Below are positions 36,128-47,379 of a stretch of DNA of 64,000 bases, piece after piece. The translations under genes were made by a program, and so were the position numbers. The DNA comes from Xylographa opegraphella. Taxonomy: Eukaryota. The DNA is taken from the NCBI GenBank assembly GCA_022813865.1, contig JALDZX010000019.1:186001-250000 (forward strand). The letters run 5' to 3'. Positions within the stretch are counted from its first letter, which is position 1. The number at the start of each line of letters is the position of its first letter. The notes under the pieces are model-generated. The model was not told the DNA's origin. It was given only the letters and a program-made list of their open reading frames with translations, and did no database searches.

Positions 36128-37105
36128 TTACGATGCTGGTGGTTCTGTGCTGGGCGATATGCTACGGGGTTTGAGGGACTGCGCGTGCCGCAGCACGGCG
36201 ACGAGCATCCATCGTTTCCGCCCAGACACGTCCTCGCTGCCACTGCCGCGCTGCCTCGTCCACGCTCGTTCACGGCCGTCGACGTCTCGTTCCCAGATGT
36301 CTTCGACTTCCAGGCCGAGGCCGACGACGATGTCGAAGAACGGTGCGAGCATTGCGCGGCCGGTGTGGAAGCCGGCGATGACCCATGCCCGGGCGTCTTT
36401 TGTGTCGGACAGGAAGTGGCAGATGGATGCGGCGAGGCTGAGATGCTGCCACGGCATCCAGAGGCAGTCGGCGGCCATGACCCTTGTGTAGGCGTTCTTG
36501 TGGCTTGTGGCGAAGGGGTCTGTTAGGACGCCCCATTCGTGGCCTTCCACAGCAACGCTGGAGGTGGAAGCTTGAGGTACATTCCTATCTACATTTGTTC
36601 GAATGTTGGCGAGGATTTCTGGCGCGGGATAGTCCGAGAGGACGACCTCTGCAGCCCCGGCTAGAGCGGCCACGATACCGGCAAGGCCCGTACCTAGAGC
36701 CTAGATATCAGGTGGAGCTCTTGTATCCCAGACAGCAACGTGCCTATAGTAAATACACCCACCAGCGCCGAGCTCCATCACCGTTTCACCCCTGACGTTC
36801 CAGCTTCCTCCTCTTGCTTTCATCGCATGTCCGTCATCTGTGCCGCCACCGATCAGTTCGGCTATCAGAATGCCGGAGTTCCATAGGTATTGGGCAAAAA
36901 GCCTTCTTGCGTCCTCGCCTCGAGGGTCCACTAGTTTGAGCTCTAGGTCACCAAAGGCCTTTGACTTGTAGATCACGCTGGAGCCGGGGTCACCGTGTTG
37001 GTTGAGCAGGTCATCGGTGAAGATGGTGTTGAGGGCGGAGGAGAAGATGTCTTCGGTTGAGTCGGATTCGTTGGGGCTGGGAAGACGAATGAGAGAACCC
37101 AGCAT
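36128..37105 (-). CDS. NNT1: Methyltransferase family 16 protein, Efm7/Nnt1-like; one intron near 36702-36760
   Basis: LFAQYLWNSG, VRGETVMELGAG|TGLAGIVAALAGAAEVVLSDYP, GHEWG, AADCLWMPWQH and VIAGFHTGR. Confidence 0.85.
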
Positions 37106-37587
37106 TCTTGTGACACGTGAAGTCCGCCGCCACGCATCACGGTGAAGAGGAGTTTCATGCTATGACGTAGGCCAAGATCCATGGTTAACCTGCGCTTGAG
37201 TTCGAGTCCGATTTTCACGCTTCGCGCGTGTACGTCCTACGGAAACGTTAAGAATGACTTAATAAGTAAAGCCTCATCTGCTTTTAGAAGTGCCTGGAGC
37301 ATTGACGATAATGTACCTAGACAAAATACTTATAAAAGGGTGAAGTGTTAGATATGACACAGGGCAAGTGACTGGTTCTCTTACAAATTATGAGACGCGT
37401 TCGCCGAAATATTCATTTCGTGGTTTTGGGAGAAAACGCGTTGAACCCTGTACACTAAAGCTCAGCACTTTCTCAAATTACCCAAAGGTGTCTGGCGGAT
37501 ACGGCTTCAACCCCCAGCATCTCGCTTCATCCGCCTTGTTAATGACTTGAGCAAGATCTTCATCCTTCCGAGCTTCAAGATCTTAGG

Positions 37588-38511
37588 ATGCCCGGGCTAT
37601 CTCTTGCCATCCTCAAATATAACTACACTTGGCCTTACAAACCTGTTCCTCGGGCAACGTCTATGCCACCGACGCCTCGGCCAGCTCCATACCTGCTTCG
37701 CCGCTTCTGGGGCTATGTGCACAAGCTTCTTGTGAAGTTCTCTTACTACTACTACTGCCGTTGGAATGGGATACAACTCCTCGGGCAAATCTACCAACTG
37801 CCCTTCGGACTAATTCTCAAGTGGTCGGATGGCACTCGCCTGGAAGAAGCTCTGACGATGCAGGTTGCTCGTGCAGCAGGTCTACCAGTTCCTAGGGTAG
37901 TTTGTTATGGCGAACATCCTGATGCACCTCATGCTCCAGTATCTATTCTAATGACACGAATGCCAGGGCAAGTTCTGTCTGGGGAACTCTGGGATTGGTA
38001 TCTGCCGGTAGAGAAGGCTATAATTATATCGGAGCTCAAAACCTACCTTGATACCATGCGCAGCTGGCCAAGTCCTTGGACGCCTCCCACTCGAATCTGT
38101 GCGGCTTCTGGTGGCAGTATTCGTAGCATCCGCGTTCCCGACAAACAGGTTGGCCCGTGTCAAGACGAAAAGGATTTCAACAGATATCTTCTAGAGCCGG
38201 CTTGGCATGATCCCGATAGGTCTCTTGAGTGGTATAAACAGCAACAAGGTCAAGCGGCGGAGCTACATTCTGAATCCCACAGAGTCGTCTTCACTCATGG
38301 CGATCTGACGCCGTGGAACATACTTGTGCACGAAGGCCATGTCTCAGCTATATTGGATTGGGAAGCAGCGGGATGGTACCCAGAGTATTGGGAGTTCACA
38401 ACTGCATGGAGATATACTCCTGCTGGGAACTGGTGGTATGAAATTGTGAAGGAGTTGACTGGAGGGCGGTATCTGAGGAACGCAGAGGTGATTTGGCAGT
38501 GCGGGCTTTGA
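37588..38511 (+). CDS. Aminoglycoside phosphotransferase/choline kinase-like (APH) protein; possible frameshift near the C-terminus
   Basis: LPFGLILKWSDGTRLEEA, LPVPRV, Brenner motif VFTHGDLTPWNILV..ILDWEAAGWYPEYWEF. Confidence 0.88.
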   Translation: MPGLSLAILKYNYTWPYKPVPRATSMPPTPRPAPYLLRRFWGYVHKLLVKFSYYYYCRWNGIQLLGQIYQLPFGLILKWSDGTRLEEALTMQVARAAGLPVPRVVCYGEHPDAPHAPVSILMTRMPGQVLSGELWDWYLPVEKAIIISELKTYLDTMRSWPSPWTPPTRICAASGGSIRSIRVPDKQVGPCQDEKDFNRYLLEPAWHDPDRSLEWYKQQQGQAAELHSESHRVVFTHGDLTPWNILVHEGHVSAILDWEAAGWYPEYWEFTTAWRYTPAGNWWYEIVKELTGGRYLRNAEVIWQCGL

Positions 38512-38753
38512 CCTCGGACGCCATTACTGGCTGGTAATTATCACGTCGGATTTATCAATCGGCAACCTCCTTAATATGTGGGATTGATACTTGGTATGTA
38601 AGCTGGCAATATCTTCGCAAACTCAATATAGGAATGGACTAAGGAATTCGTTTCGCAGCCAATTCCTCTCCAAGGATCTGTGAGAGTATCTAGTTTGCAC
38701 ACTCAGGATTTATCATCATTGGGCGGTGACACGACATACCTTTGATCGGGTGA

Positions 38754-39517
38754 CTAGATTGGCTTCTCGTCACCACTTGGTGTCAAATCGCATTTCAAAG
38801 CGACGGCAATCGGACGAGGCTGGACATTCTGCTCGGCTTCATTGGCGTATCTGTTCCCGAACCCCTCCATGTCCCGCTGCAGCACTTCCCAGCTCGTGAA
38901 CCGAACATACCCTTGAGCCTTGAGCCGCACGCATGCCATCTCCACGTACAGGCGGCACCTGAAGCCCTCGATCTCATTGATCATTGCGTCCTCCGCTGTA
39001 ATCCACTTGGCAACGGCATCCATCTGATCCACAGGGACGTCGGCAATGCGCACAAGGCCGATCAGCATGCTGGAAGTGAGGGCCTCCCTGGTAGTCCCGT
39101 GGTCTATCTTCCAGCGGCCTTGCCTGCCGTCCACGTGAAATTTGCCTGCCGTCCACGTGAAATTTGCCTGCCGTCCACGTGAAACTTCTTCCCGCCAGAA
39201 AGCTCATTCTGGTGGAGGTAGAGGCCCCAGTGGAAACTGTTGGGCTCGATCGGCCACCGGCTAAACAGGACGATGTGGAGGCTGTCGGGCTTCAGGTCGG
39301 AGAGGGGGCGGGACTTTGTCACCTTGCGGCTGAACTTGGGCTCGACACGGGGCGCAGCGGCAGAAGATGTGCTGGGGGTTGCCAATGGCATGGCAGCGGA
39401 CTCGGTGGCGACGTGGTCCTGCAGAGATGAATTGAGGTAGCCTTCGACAGAGCTCTCGGATGGTTCAGCGGAGGGCGCCACAGCTTGTGATGACGACGGT
39501 TGTGCTTTGGAGTCCAT
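38754..39517 (-). pseudogene. Small His/Cys-motif protein (DUF6914-like, possible papain-like fold), paralog A, frameshifted by a 22-bp repeat expansion
   Basis: ATG 39517 frame gives SLHIVLFSRWPIEPNSFHWGLYLH..GGKKFHVDGRQ. A different frame continues GRWKIDH..LIGLVRIA..EGFRCRLYV..QPRPI. The two halves join in frame if only one repeat unit is present. Confidence 0.75.
39120..39184 (+). repeat. Perfect 22-bp tandem repeat, about 3 copies
   Basis: ttgcctgccgtccacgtgaaat at 39120, 39142 and 39164 (the last copy is 21 nt). Confidence 0.97.
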
Positions 39518-39725
39518 ATCGTCTATGAGACGGAATTGATATCTTGGAGATAGTTCGACCAATTCAAAGATTGCTTCGAAAGGACGAAAGACCGTGGACG
39601 GCCGAAGGTGAAGCACAATCGACAGACTAAATATTAGGAGCGAAATTTGCGGGTTCATTGACGTGACATTCACAACCCTTTTCGCGCAAAACCGGCTATA
39701 TCGATGGACATGCCCTTCATATGAG

Positions 39726-40378
39726 TCATAGCCCAACCAGGCCCTGTACCCCACACACCCTCGACTCCCATACCGGCCTCGGCTGCTCATTCCGCTCACA
39801 CCCCTCCGCAGCCTCGTTCCCAAACCCCTCACACTCCCCCTGCAGCGCCTCCCAGCTCTCAAAACGCATCAGGCCCACCCCTCTCAACCTCTCACACCCA
39901 TCCCGCAACCGCGAGCGACACCTCATACCCGGCGTCTCATTCAAGTGTCCATCCTCCGCGGTAATCACCCTGCGAACCAGATCCTGCTGTTCCTCTCCCG
40001 TGGCGGCGACGCGCACGAGCCCCACGAGGAGGAATTCCGCCGTGATGGCTTTGGTCTCCGCGTGTGCGCTGATCCAGCGCGCCGCGGAGCCGGTGATGTG
40101 GAATTTGGAGCCGCCGCTGAGGGCGGTGTGGTGGTGGTAGAAGGACCAGTGGAAGTTGGATGGCGTGGGTGTGCCGCGGTGGTAGAGTAGGATGTAGAGG
40201 CTATGGGGTGTGAGGGCGGCGAGCGGGAGTGGGGAATTGGCGCGGAGAGATGGGGCCGCAAGCGGGGTCGTTGGGGGCGCTGTGTAGAGGGTCAGCTGGG
40301 GTCAGGTTTGGAGATGTGTGTGGAAGTACCGCTGAGGGGCGTGCTCTGAGGATTGGCGGGAACATGGGACGACTTCAT
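39726..40378 (-). CDS. Small His/Cys-motif protein (DUF6914-like), paralog B, apparently intact; intron 40280-40329
   Basis: ATG 40378 and a GT..GCTGAC..CAG intron give SLYILLYHRGTPTPSNFHWSFYHH..GGSKFHITG..RW..LVGLVRVA..ITAEDGHLNETPGMRCR..RFESWEALQ..FGN..NEQPRPV, collinear with paralog A. Confidence 0.8.
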
Positions 40379-41494
40379 ATTTGGGTTGGGGGGTCAGTGG
40401 GGTTCAGGGGACGGTGATGTTGTGAGCATATGAAGGAAGAATTTGGAGCAGGGCTGTATCTTTGGGTCGTCAGACGCGACGGCAGAAAACAGATGACATG
40501 TTTAGTGTACAGGGTCAAACATCATTCACGGACGGAAATCGTTCAGAGAATCATGACAGCAGCCAACACGATTGGTATACAAAAAATGTAATAAGCTCCA
40601 GGCAGCAGTCAACACAAGATGAAACGAGCCTGGATTATCATGGATCTGGCTTAGCGATGGGCTTTAATTTGCTATGGTACCATGATCCGGCAAAATAATT
40701 GTTACATAGTAGATACCCTGTAGTTGTACAATTGAACATGGATTGTTCTGATACTTACAGCCAATTAGAGCCCTTGTTTGATATTACGCTAACCATTACC
40801 ACACCGAGAATTTGGCCGAGCTGCTTCCAAGACCGCGTAGGTAGGCCTTGTCTGCTACTCCTTACAAGTCTCAGATAAGGGGTTTCCAATATAATAATGT
40901 ATCCGCTAGTAGCCAAGACGAAGCGATAAAATACCCTTAGCGTGCCTTCAATGCTGCCAAGGCTTGAGCTTAATCCCACAACACAAAAGCGAGCCGGACA
41001 ACAGATTTGTGGTTACTCGAAGTAATAGACATAGGTATATAACGACGGGGTTCTTAGACCCCAAAACCCTGGGGTAACAACGCCGGCCCGTGGCGGTAGC
41101 GGTAATGGGAGTATATTTTAACGGCAGGACGACCAGACTGACTATGCCTGAAAAGCCGCCGTAACTGGAGAACTCTCCTTTTTCCAATTAGATCTGACCA
41201 TGTTTAGCTGCAAAGTGCCAGGTTTGACGAGTCGGCCGAAGTTTGATGTAGAACATTCACTATAACCCGTAAGCGTAATCGAAGTGACGTAAATACTGAG
41301 GCGCGTACTGATACCGCTCGAACAACTTCATCGCAGTCTATCCAGATATATAACCCAAAGACTGGCTCATCTTAGACCGCGTCAAACATCAAAGCATGGT
41401 ATCCCACCATTTGTCGTAGTCATTCTCACCACGGTTTCCCCACCCTCTGCTATTGCTGTCTCACGGGGTTCTCCCAGTTTATGCACAAACCTAC

Positions 41495-42550
41495 TCACAC
41501 ACCCAATCTCCCAGCCCTCACCTCCCACGCCTCCACCCAAAGCGGCTTCGTCCCATTATTCTCCATCATCTCGTTATCCTCAAAGAGAAAGATTGGCGTT
41601 GTCCTCTCCACCTCCACAACATCTCGCGACCTTGCCATGAACTCCTGCTCCATCTTTCTATTCGTCCAGGCCCTCTCGCGAGCGTCCGTACTGCTGACCG
41701 CGATCATAAACGCTGGCCCTTGCCTCAGTGCCCAGCTTTCCCTCCACCAGCAATGTTGTGCGAGATATAGCGGGGAATTGGGTTGGGAACCGAAGTTAGT
41801 ATTGGGCATCAGCGAGTGCAAGAAACCCTGGGCAACTTCGAGGTCTATACGCGTCGGCCGCGCGAGGAGAGCCACGAAAGGGGCCTGTGCAGCTTTGACG
41901 TCGGCAAATCGTCGCGCAACTGCAGCGGCAGACGGAACCCAGGATGTACAGCGGCTGTCCTCAAATTTAACGGGCGACGTGTTCGCTGTCTGAACAGGTG
42001 GAGTGATAGCATGAGGATCAATGGACGGCGATCTCAGAGTTGATACCCACGTTCGAGGGCTGAACAGGTGCGCCGCTTGTTTCCATCGCGTAGGCACCGG
42101 CCTAGGAGCAACTGATTGCTCAAGTCCGAAATTCGACACTGGGACTTGTTGAGGGCTTACACTTTCTTGAATATCGATGAGGGCCCAGAAGACAAGGAGA
42201 CCACGGGTACAACGTGCTTGCGTGTCTTCGTGCGTTGGGCTGTCTTTCGAGGCGCTGCCATTGACGGCACGATCGGCGAGCAATAGGACGCGTGGAATAC
42301 GCCAAAGAGCGTTAAAGTGTAAGTATCTGAGACCGGACGAAAAGGGTAAGAACTTAGGAGAAGGCAAGAAATCGAGGGATATGGAATATGTATGTAGAGC
42401 GATAGAGTTGCAGATCAACCTTTGATGGGCGATGATGACTGAGTTGATAGGGAGAGAGGTACGGCGGAAGGAGGCAAGGGTGGTAGGATCGAGAAAGGAG
42501 AGGATAAGAATGAGGATGTCAGGGATTTGGACGGCGGAGGCGGCAGTCAT
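41495..42550 (-). CDS. F-box-like domain protein, single exon, 351 aa
   Basis: N-terminal QIPDILILILSFLDPTTLASFRRTSLPINSVI fits the F-box pattern. The remainder is unrecognised. Confidence 0.7.
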   Translation of the reverse strand: MTAASAVQIPDILILILSFLDPTTLASFRRTSLPINSVIIAHQRLICNSIALHTYSISLDFLPSPKFLPFSSGLRYLHFNALWRIPRVLLLADRAVNGSASKDSPTHEDTQARCTRGLLVFWALIDIQESVSPQQVPVSNFGLEQSVAPRPVPTRWKQAAHLFSPRTWVSTLRSPSIDPHAITPPVQTANTSPVKFEDSRCTSWVPSAAAVARRFADVKAAQAPFVALLARPTRIDLEVAQGFLHSLMPNTNFGSQPNSPLYLAQHCWWRESWALRQGPAFMIAVSSTDARERAWTNRKMEQEFMARSRDVVEVERTTPIFLFEDNEMMENNGTKPLWVEAWEVRAGRLGV

Positions 42551-43857
42551 ACTGGAAAGATAAATCGTGATAGGCTTGATGCAGAATCTAATTGGAAGGT
42601 ATTGGAGATGGCTAAAAAGCTTTCAAATAGACAGAAGTTGGATATCCGGGATTTATGATTGGGATACCACAGAATTTCTTTCTATTGTCGTGGAGCAAGT
42701 GGCATAGACTGTGGGAAAGCTACAGGGACAGAAGGTGCTGGCATGTGAATGGTGATGCCCAGGGCAAGAGGCTGAGTGGCATCGGAGAAGCGATCAGCCA
42801 GGCCTCAGCGCTTGTGCTGAGCCCTATCGCACTAGCAGGGATCTGCGGATCAATGTTTGGCCATGTCGCTTCACGGGCTTTCATGCTTTTACGGGTACGC
42901 GGCTACCAACACTTGAATTTTCTACGCTATCCGCTAATCTACTGGGACAAGGTAATAGAAAGACTTACGACTACTGCAACAATAGTGGAAATGAGTGTGA
43001 ACGAACACCCCATCTGTCACCGTTGGCAAATGCCCGCACCTTAGAATTCCGCAGAATTATACGCTGAAGATACAGGCCAGGTTCAACGAAAGACAAGATT
43101 GTTCGGTTGTACCTGTTGGACTGGCAGTGCTAATTGCGCCTATATCATCAATCTTCGTATTGTGCTATCATCATATAGTTACACACGGCTAAAAGTCGGG
43201 GACCTAGCATTACAGATGTCCTCTAGACTTCCTACAATGGCCCTAGGCTCCAACGAATATCTCACCACCACCACAGATTTCAGTTTTGTCCCCTGTACTG
43301 TAAACCACGAATCGAGCTCTCCCTCAACTCACGTCTGACTCACGTCACGTTTGGCACAGTCAGAGTCCTGTATTCTTCGGCATGACTGTCAGTTTTTCCA
43401 GTCCCGGCTCCTGCAATACCACGTATGTGAAGGCATACTGACGGAAGGGTGTGCCTTTGTGAATCATCCCGACGATCACTAACGATTTGGTGCTGTGGTC
43501 GGGGGTTCCGATGGATAATTGTGGCTTTCAGTAGGTATTGCGTTATTGGCTCGGAAGACTCTCCTGAGACGACAAGGTTTTGTATATTAACCCAGGGTCA
43601 ACAATTGAGGTCCCATCAGATGAGAAAGTAAGCTTTAACCTATCACTGGGATTAGCTTCTCATGAGGAAATTAAATCGAACCGTCGGGAAGAATTCGAAG
43701 CTTGATAAACTTACGCGATTATTGAAGGAGGAAGAACAATAAGGCTACCTGAGAAGTCTTGTCCTTGGCACATACCGTATCAATCTGTCCGCTTCGAGTG
43801 ACGTTTAGGCTTCTGAACACTGAATGCTTGATCAACCTTGTTGTACCACCTGTGTGT

Positions 43858-45057
43858 TCATCTACGGTGGGATTCAGAAGTTGTCCATTTCTCCGTGTTC
43901 TTGATCGTTCTGCCTGATTTTGACGTCCTTTCTTGCTTCTCCTTACCATCCTCCTCCTCGTCGTCGACCCCGTCTGGAGTTCTTGACAGCTTACTCATGA
44001 CCGCTATGCATTCCAGCTGCGGTGTTTCCAGCGTCGCAGCGCTCACTGTCCTCAGCGGCGGTGTCGGCAGGCTTTCAGCAGGCTTTGCAAACGGGATTTC
44101 GGGTGCCTCATTTTCCACAGGACTTTTGCCACTACCAGCGCTGTGTCTTGGCGTTGGTGGAGCTCTCTTGCGTTTGTGCCCCGCGATGTTCGAGTTGATC
44201 TGGTTGACAAACTCGTACGTTTTCGCGGTTTTCTGGGTGCTGGCACTTCCTTTATCAGCCGGTCTAGGCCTTGTAGGCACCCGGGACGCAGAGCTTCCGA
44301 TTATCGCCGCCAGTAGAGTGACGGAATGTGCCGACTTCATGAGAATTGGGCTGCCGTACTTCTCCTTCCGCTTGCCAGCGGCCTTTTCCGAGATTGATGA
44401 CGCACCGTTGGTATGCCTCTCTGACCCCTGCTGGTTCGACACGGCGGGCTGCTCCTGTGGCTTTTCCTCAGGAGGCTCCTCGTCTTCGGTCGCATCAGGA
44501 TCAAAGTTGTCCATCCCACTGAGTGCTTCTTGACCCGAGTTCTGGTGCTGTGCTACTCTTTCGTTGAAGCTCTTAGACCATGGAGCCGGAGTCGTCTGCA
44601 GAATTGCCAACAGACCTGCGGCCTCCTTCATTTCTGGGCTCTCGTCCAATGCTTTGGATGCCCTCACGAGAGCGAGCTTCTGAGCCATAACTATCTTGTC
44701 TAGAATCTCGTTAACTGTTATACCGTGATCGAGACAGTTGGGAATCATACTATGAGGACTTGCCGTTGGAGGTACTATCGAAGATGTGGGGGCCTGTACC
44801 TCTGGGCCGGTTGTATTCCGGACAGAGCAGCCATCCCAAAGCACGGATTGTGCAGGAAAGAAGCCACCTGTCGTGGGTGCAGTATCCAACGATATCTCCC
44901 ACGAGTCGCGAGCCGGACTATCATGCGAGCTTGGTGGTGTCGTAAAGGAGAGTAGAGCTCCGGCGGCATCGTTTTCGTCATAAACGGAGCTCGAGTCTCC
45001 GTGAAAAAAGCTGGTCTCCAAGGATGGACTCCCATTGATGTTAAATGTAGGCGACAT
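43858..45057 (-). CDS. Hypothetical low-complexity S/T/P/E/K-rich protein
   Basis: Open frame of about 400 codons from ATG 45057. Basic patches (KRKEK, HKRKR). No recognisable domain. Confidence 0.55.
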   Translation of the reverse strand: MSPTFNINGSPSLETSFFHGDSSSVYDENDAAGALLSFTTPPSSHDSPARDSWEISLDTAPTTGGFFPAQSVLWDGCSVRNTTGPEVQAPTSSIVPPTASPHSMIPNCLDHGITVNEILDKIVMAQKLALVRASKALDESPEMKEAAGLLAILQTTPAPWSKSFNERVAQHQNSGQEALSGMDNFDPDATEDEEPPEEKPQEQPAVSNQQGSERHTNGASSISEKAAGKRKEKYGSPILMKSAHSVTLLAAIIGSSASRVPTRPRPADKGSASTQKTAKTYEFVNQINSNIAGHKRKRAPPTPRHSAGSGKSPVENEAPEIPFAKPAESLPTPPLRTVSAATLETPQLECIAVMSKLSRTPDGVDDEEEDGKEKQERTSKSGRTIKNTEKWTTSESHRR

Positions 45058-45897
45058 GATTATCAGAACGAAGCATCGAAAGGTAAATGATAGCAAAGAA
45101 TATTCAAGACTAATCAATGCAATTCAGATCAGGACAATGAAAGCCGGATGCAATGTGTGAATATGTCTATGAAGTTTCTGTGTATATGTTGTCTTACTGC
45201 TAATCAATATGAGGTGTCGTTGATGAGGAAAGAGAGAGATTTAAGGCAGGCACGACCTGAGTCTTATAAGACACTCGACTTGGGAAATCACGGTCAATAT
45301 TGAAATTCGCTTGCCACCGGTTCGGTTAGCATAAGCAGCCTTTGCAATCACCTACCGTACATAACGCGAAAGAAAGCACTGGGAGAAGAATTGACACCTA
45401 AAGTATATCAGCAGTCAGAATTACAAACAGAACCTAAAGATTAATTGCAAGCCGTGCTAGTTGCCAAAGAGGACCAAGGATGCCGCAATTCTAAGTCTGG
45501 TAGGTTCATGAAAGAGACTTTGACCAAGTCAGAATCGAAAAGTTAGCTCGCAACATTCGCATCGTGAGCCAACGACTCGGAATAGTTCGCACTCCCGATA
45601 AATCAGACTTGGCGCTCCTGTCAGTTGCAGATATCCTTTGGTACAAGGCAGCCATACGTTGCGAGAACTTCCATTGAGTGTATCTATCGACGTGGCTGAC
45701 TATCTCAAGACACGACGAAGCTAAAGGTTTGTCGGTAACTGTGCCAATTTAGCATTTCAATCTGGGAGTCTCAAATCTACTGTCAGTAAGGGCACTGGTA
45801 ACAATGACTGCCGGACCAGAGCAACGACGCCAACAACAATCACCGATATTCGGATCGAATGCCACAAAGGCATTGCCAGACAATATGCTTCTTCGGA

Positions 45898-46009
45898 GGA
45901 TTCCACATTCTTTCCTAGAAGTTTGATACTTTGATATCCTTGAAATGTCTTCGATGCTTTGATAGAAATGTTCATAGCTTTGAATTTCTTGAAAACTTCC
46001 CCAAGGTGA
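45898..46009 (-). mobile_element. Short remnant of a Ty3/gypsy reverse transcriptase
   Basis: HLGEVFKKFKAMNISIKASKTFQGYQSIKLLGKNVES matches the segment after YxDD in fungal gypsy RTs (HL..VF.....NISI...K.F.GY.S..LLG..V). YxDD itself is not visible. Confidence 0.6.
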
Positions 46010-47379
46010 CCGATGTGCCCTAGTTCATACCAGCAGTCTAGCCCCACAATTCTCATCCCGTGGCATCGTCCAAGGTTGCTTCTGCGTTGTCCAAAGACAT
46101 GGTGATGTCTATCCGACCAGGAATTGTGTTCCGCACCGGGCCTCTGTCCGTGAGTTTTGGGTCAAACACTAATAAAGCTCGAAACCGAAGCTCGCGCCAA
46201 TTCTCCGTTCACTGGTTTTTCCTACCATGCTTCATCATATATATCTTAAGAGGGATGTTGCTTTGTTATTTCCTGCAACGGCGACATCGCGTTCCACTGA
46301 CTCCCTTACAAGACAGTCCCACATCCGAAAGAGACAGCAGAGGTCTTTAGGACAAGCAAGTCGCTATAACCGTTGACCGCGATGTTGCACGTATTGAACT
46401 ACAAATTTTACATCAAAATTAATAAAAAAGCAGTGCCATTATTGTCGAATAGTATCTGGAGTATACGAAATAACAGGTAAAGTTGTCAGATCCGAATTAT
46501 ATGGATCTGGTAATTCCTTGGTCCATTCCGTTAGATGTCGCGGATCCAACAGAGGAGCTGATCCTGCGACTCCAACCTTGGTCGTTCAATCCAAAGTATG
46601 CTTATGCTTATCAGACCTCCAAGCTCGCTAAAGCCCTCGAGTTCCTCAGCGGAAACAGAGCTTTATCTCTGGCAAGCAGTCCGCACGAATCCTCCGAGGA
46701 TGATGGTGGCATATTATCCATGATTATAGTAGACCTTCGAAACCAGGGGGATGAAGACAGTCAGAATCTCATTCCTCTTACTCAATCGACCATGACGGAT
46801 ACTGGGTTTCCGTCGTGGCCGCTTGTATACCGTCGCTTCGGAAGGCCATACCAAAAAGCTTCCAATACAATTTGTTCTCATGCCATCTGATTCCACGGAG
46901 TTGTATTCGGGTCATTGCTTTAATGTCTTCGTGTACGCAAATAAAGACCAGGGCTGACGTCCCTCATCATGAACTGGGCAACATGGACGGCAAGTCTGTC
47001 GAGTCTTTACTGTATTGTTTCAATCTCCGCGTATCAAATTTTGGTATCTCTCTCCTTCACCTCGCACACTGCCCACGATGTCAGTCCTTTTCGAGATGCC
47101 TTGATCAATATGGAAGTAGCCCTTGCTCTTTATTTGCCACATTCCATTTCTGCGATAACCATGAGATTGGTCGAAGGTAGCGTACGAGAAACGATTGTCA
47201 GTGCTGAGTGTCGTGAGTCCCCTATCTTCCAGCGCCAGATTCATGAGGACTAATAGAATCCCGCATCACTGTTTTGAGACGGATTATACTAATCACCAAA
47301 CAGTGATTATAAGACTCGGAGTCGCCTCAAAATCCACCGCGACCTGGGCAAACTTCTGCGAAATCTAAGCGGTCAGCCC

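Noticed and set aside
39120..39184. CRISPR-like array
   Set aside because: The units are contiguous with no spacers, the context is eukaryotic and there are no cas genes. It is a VNTR.
40750..41200. TpA-rich stretch as a mobile element remnant
   Set aside because: The composition is suggestive, but no transposon motif, terminal repeat or second copy is visible in the window.
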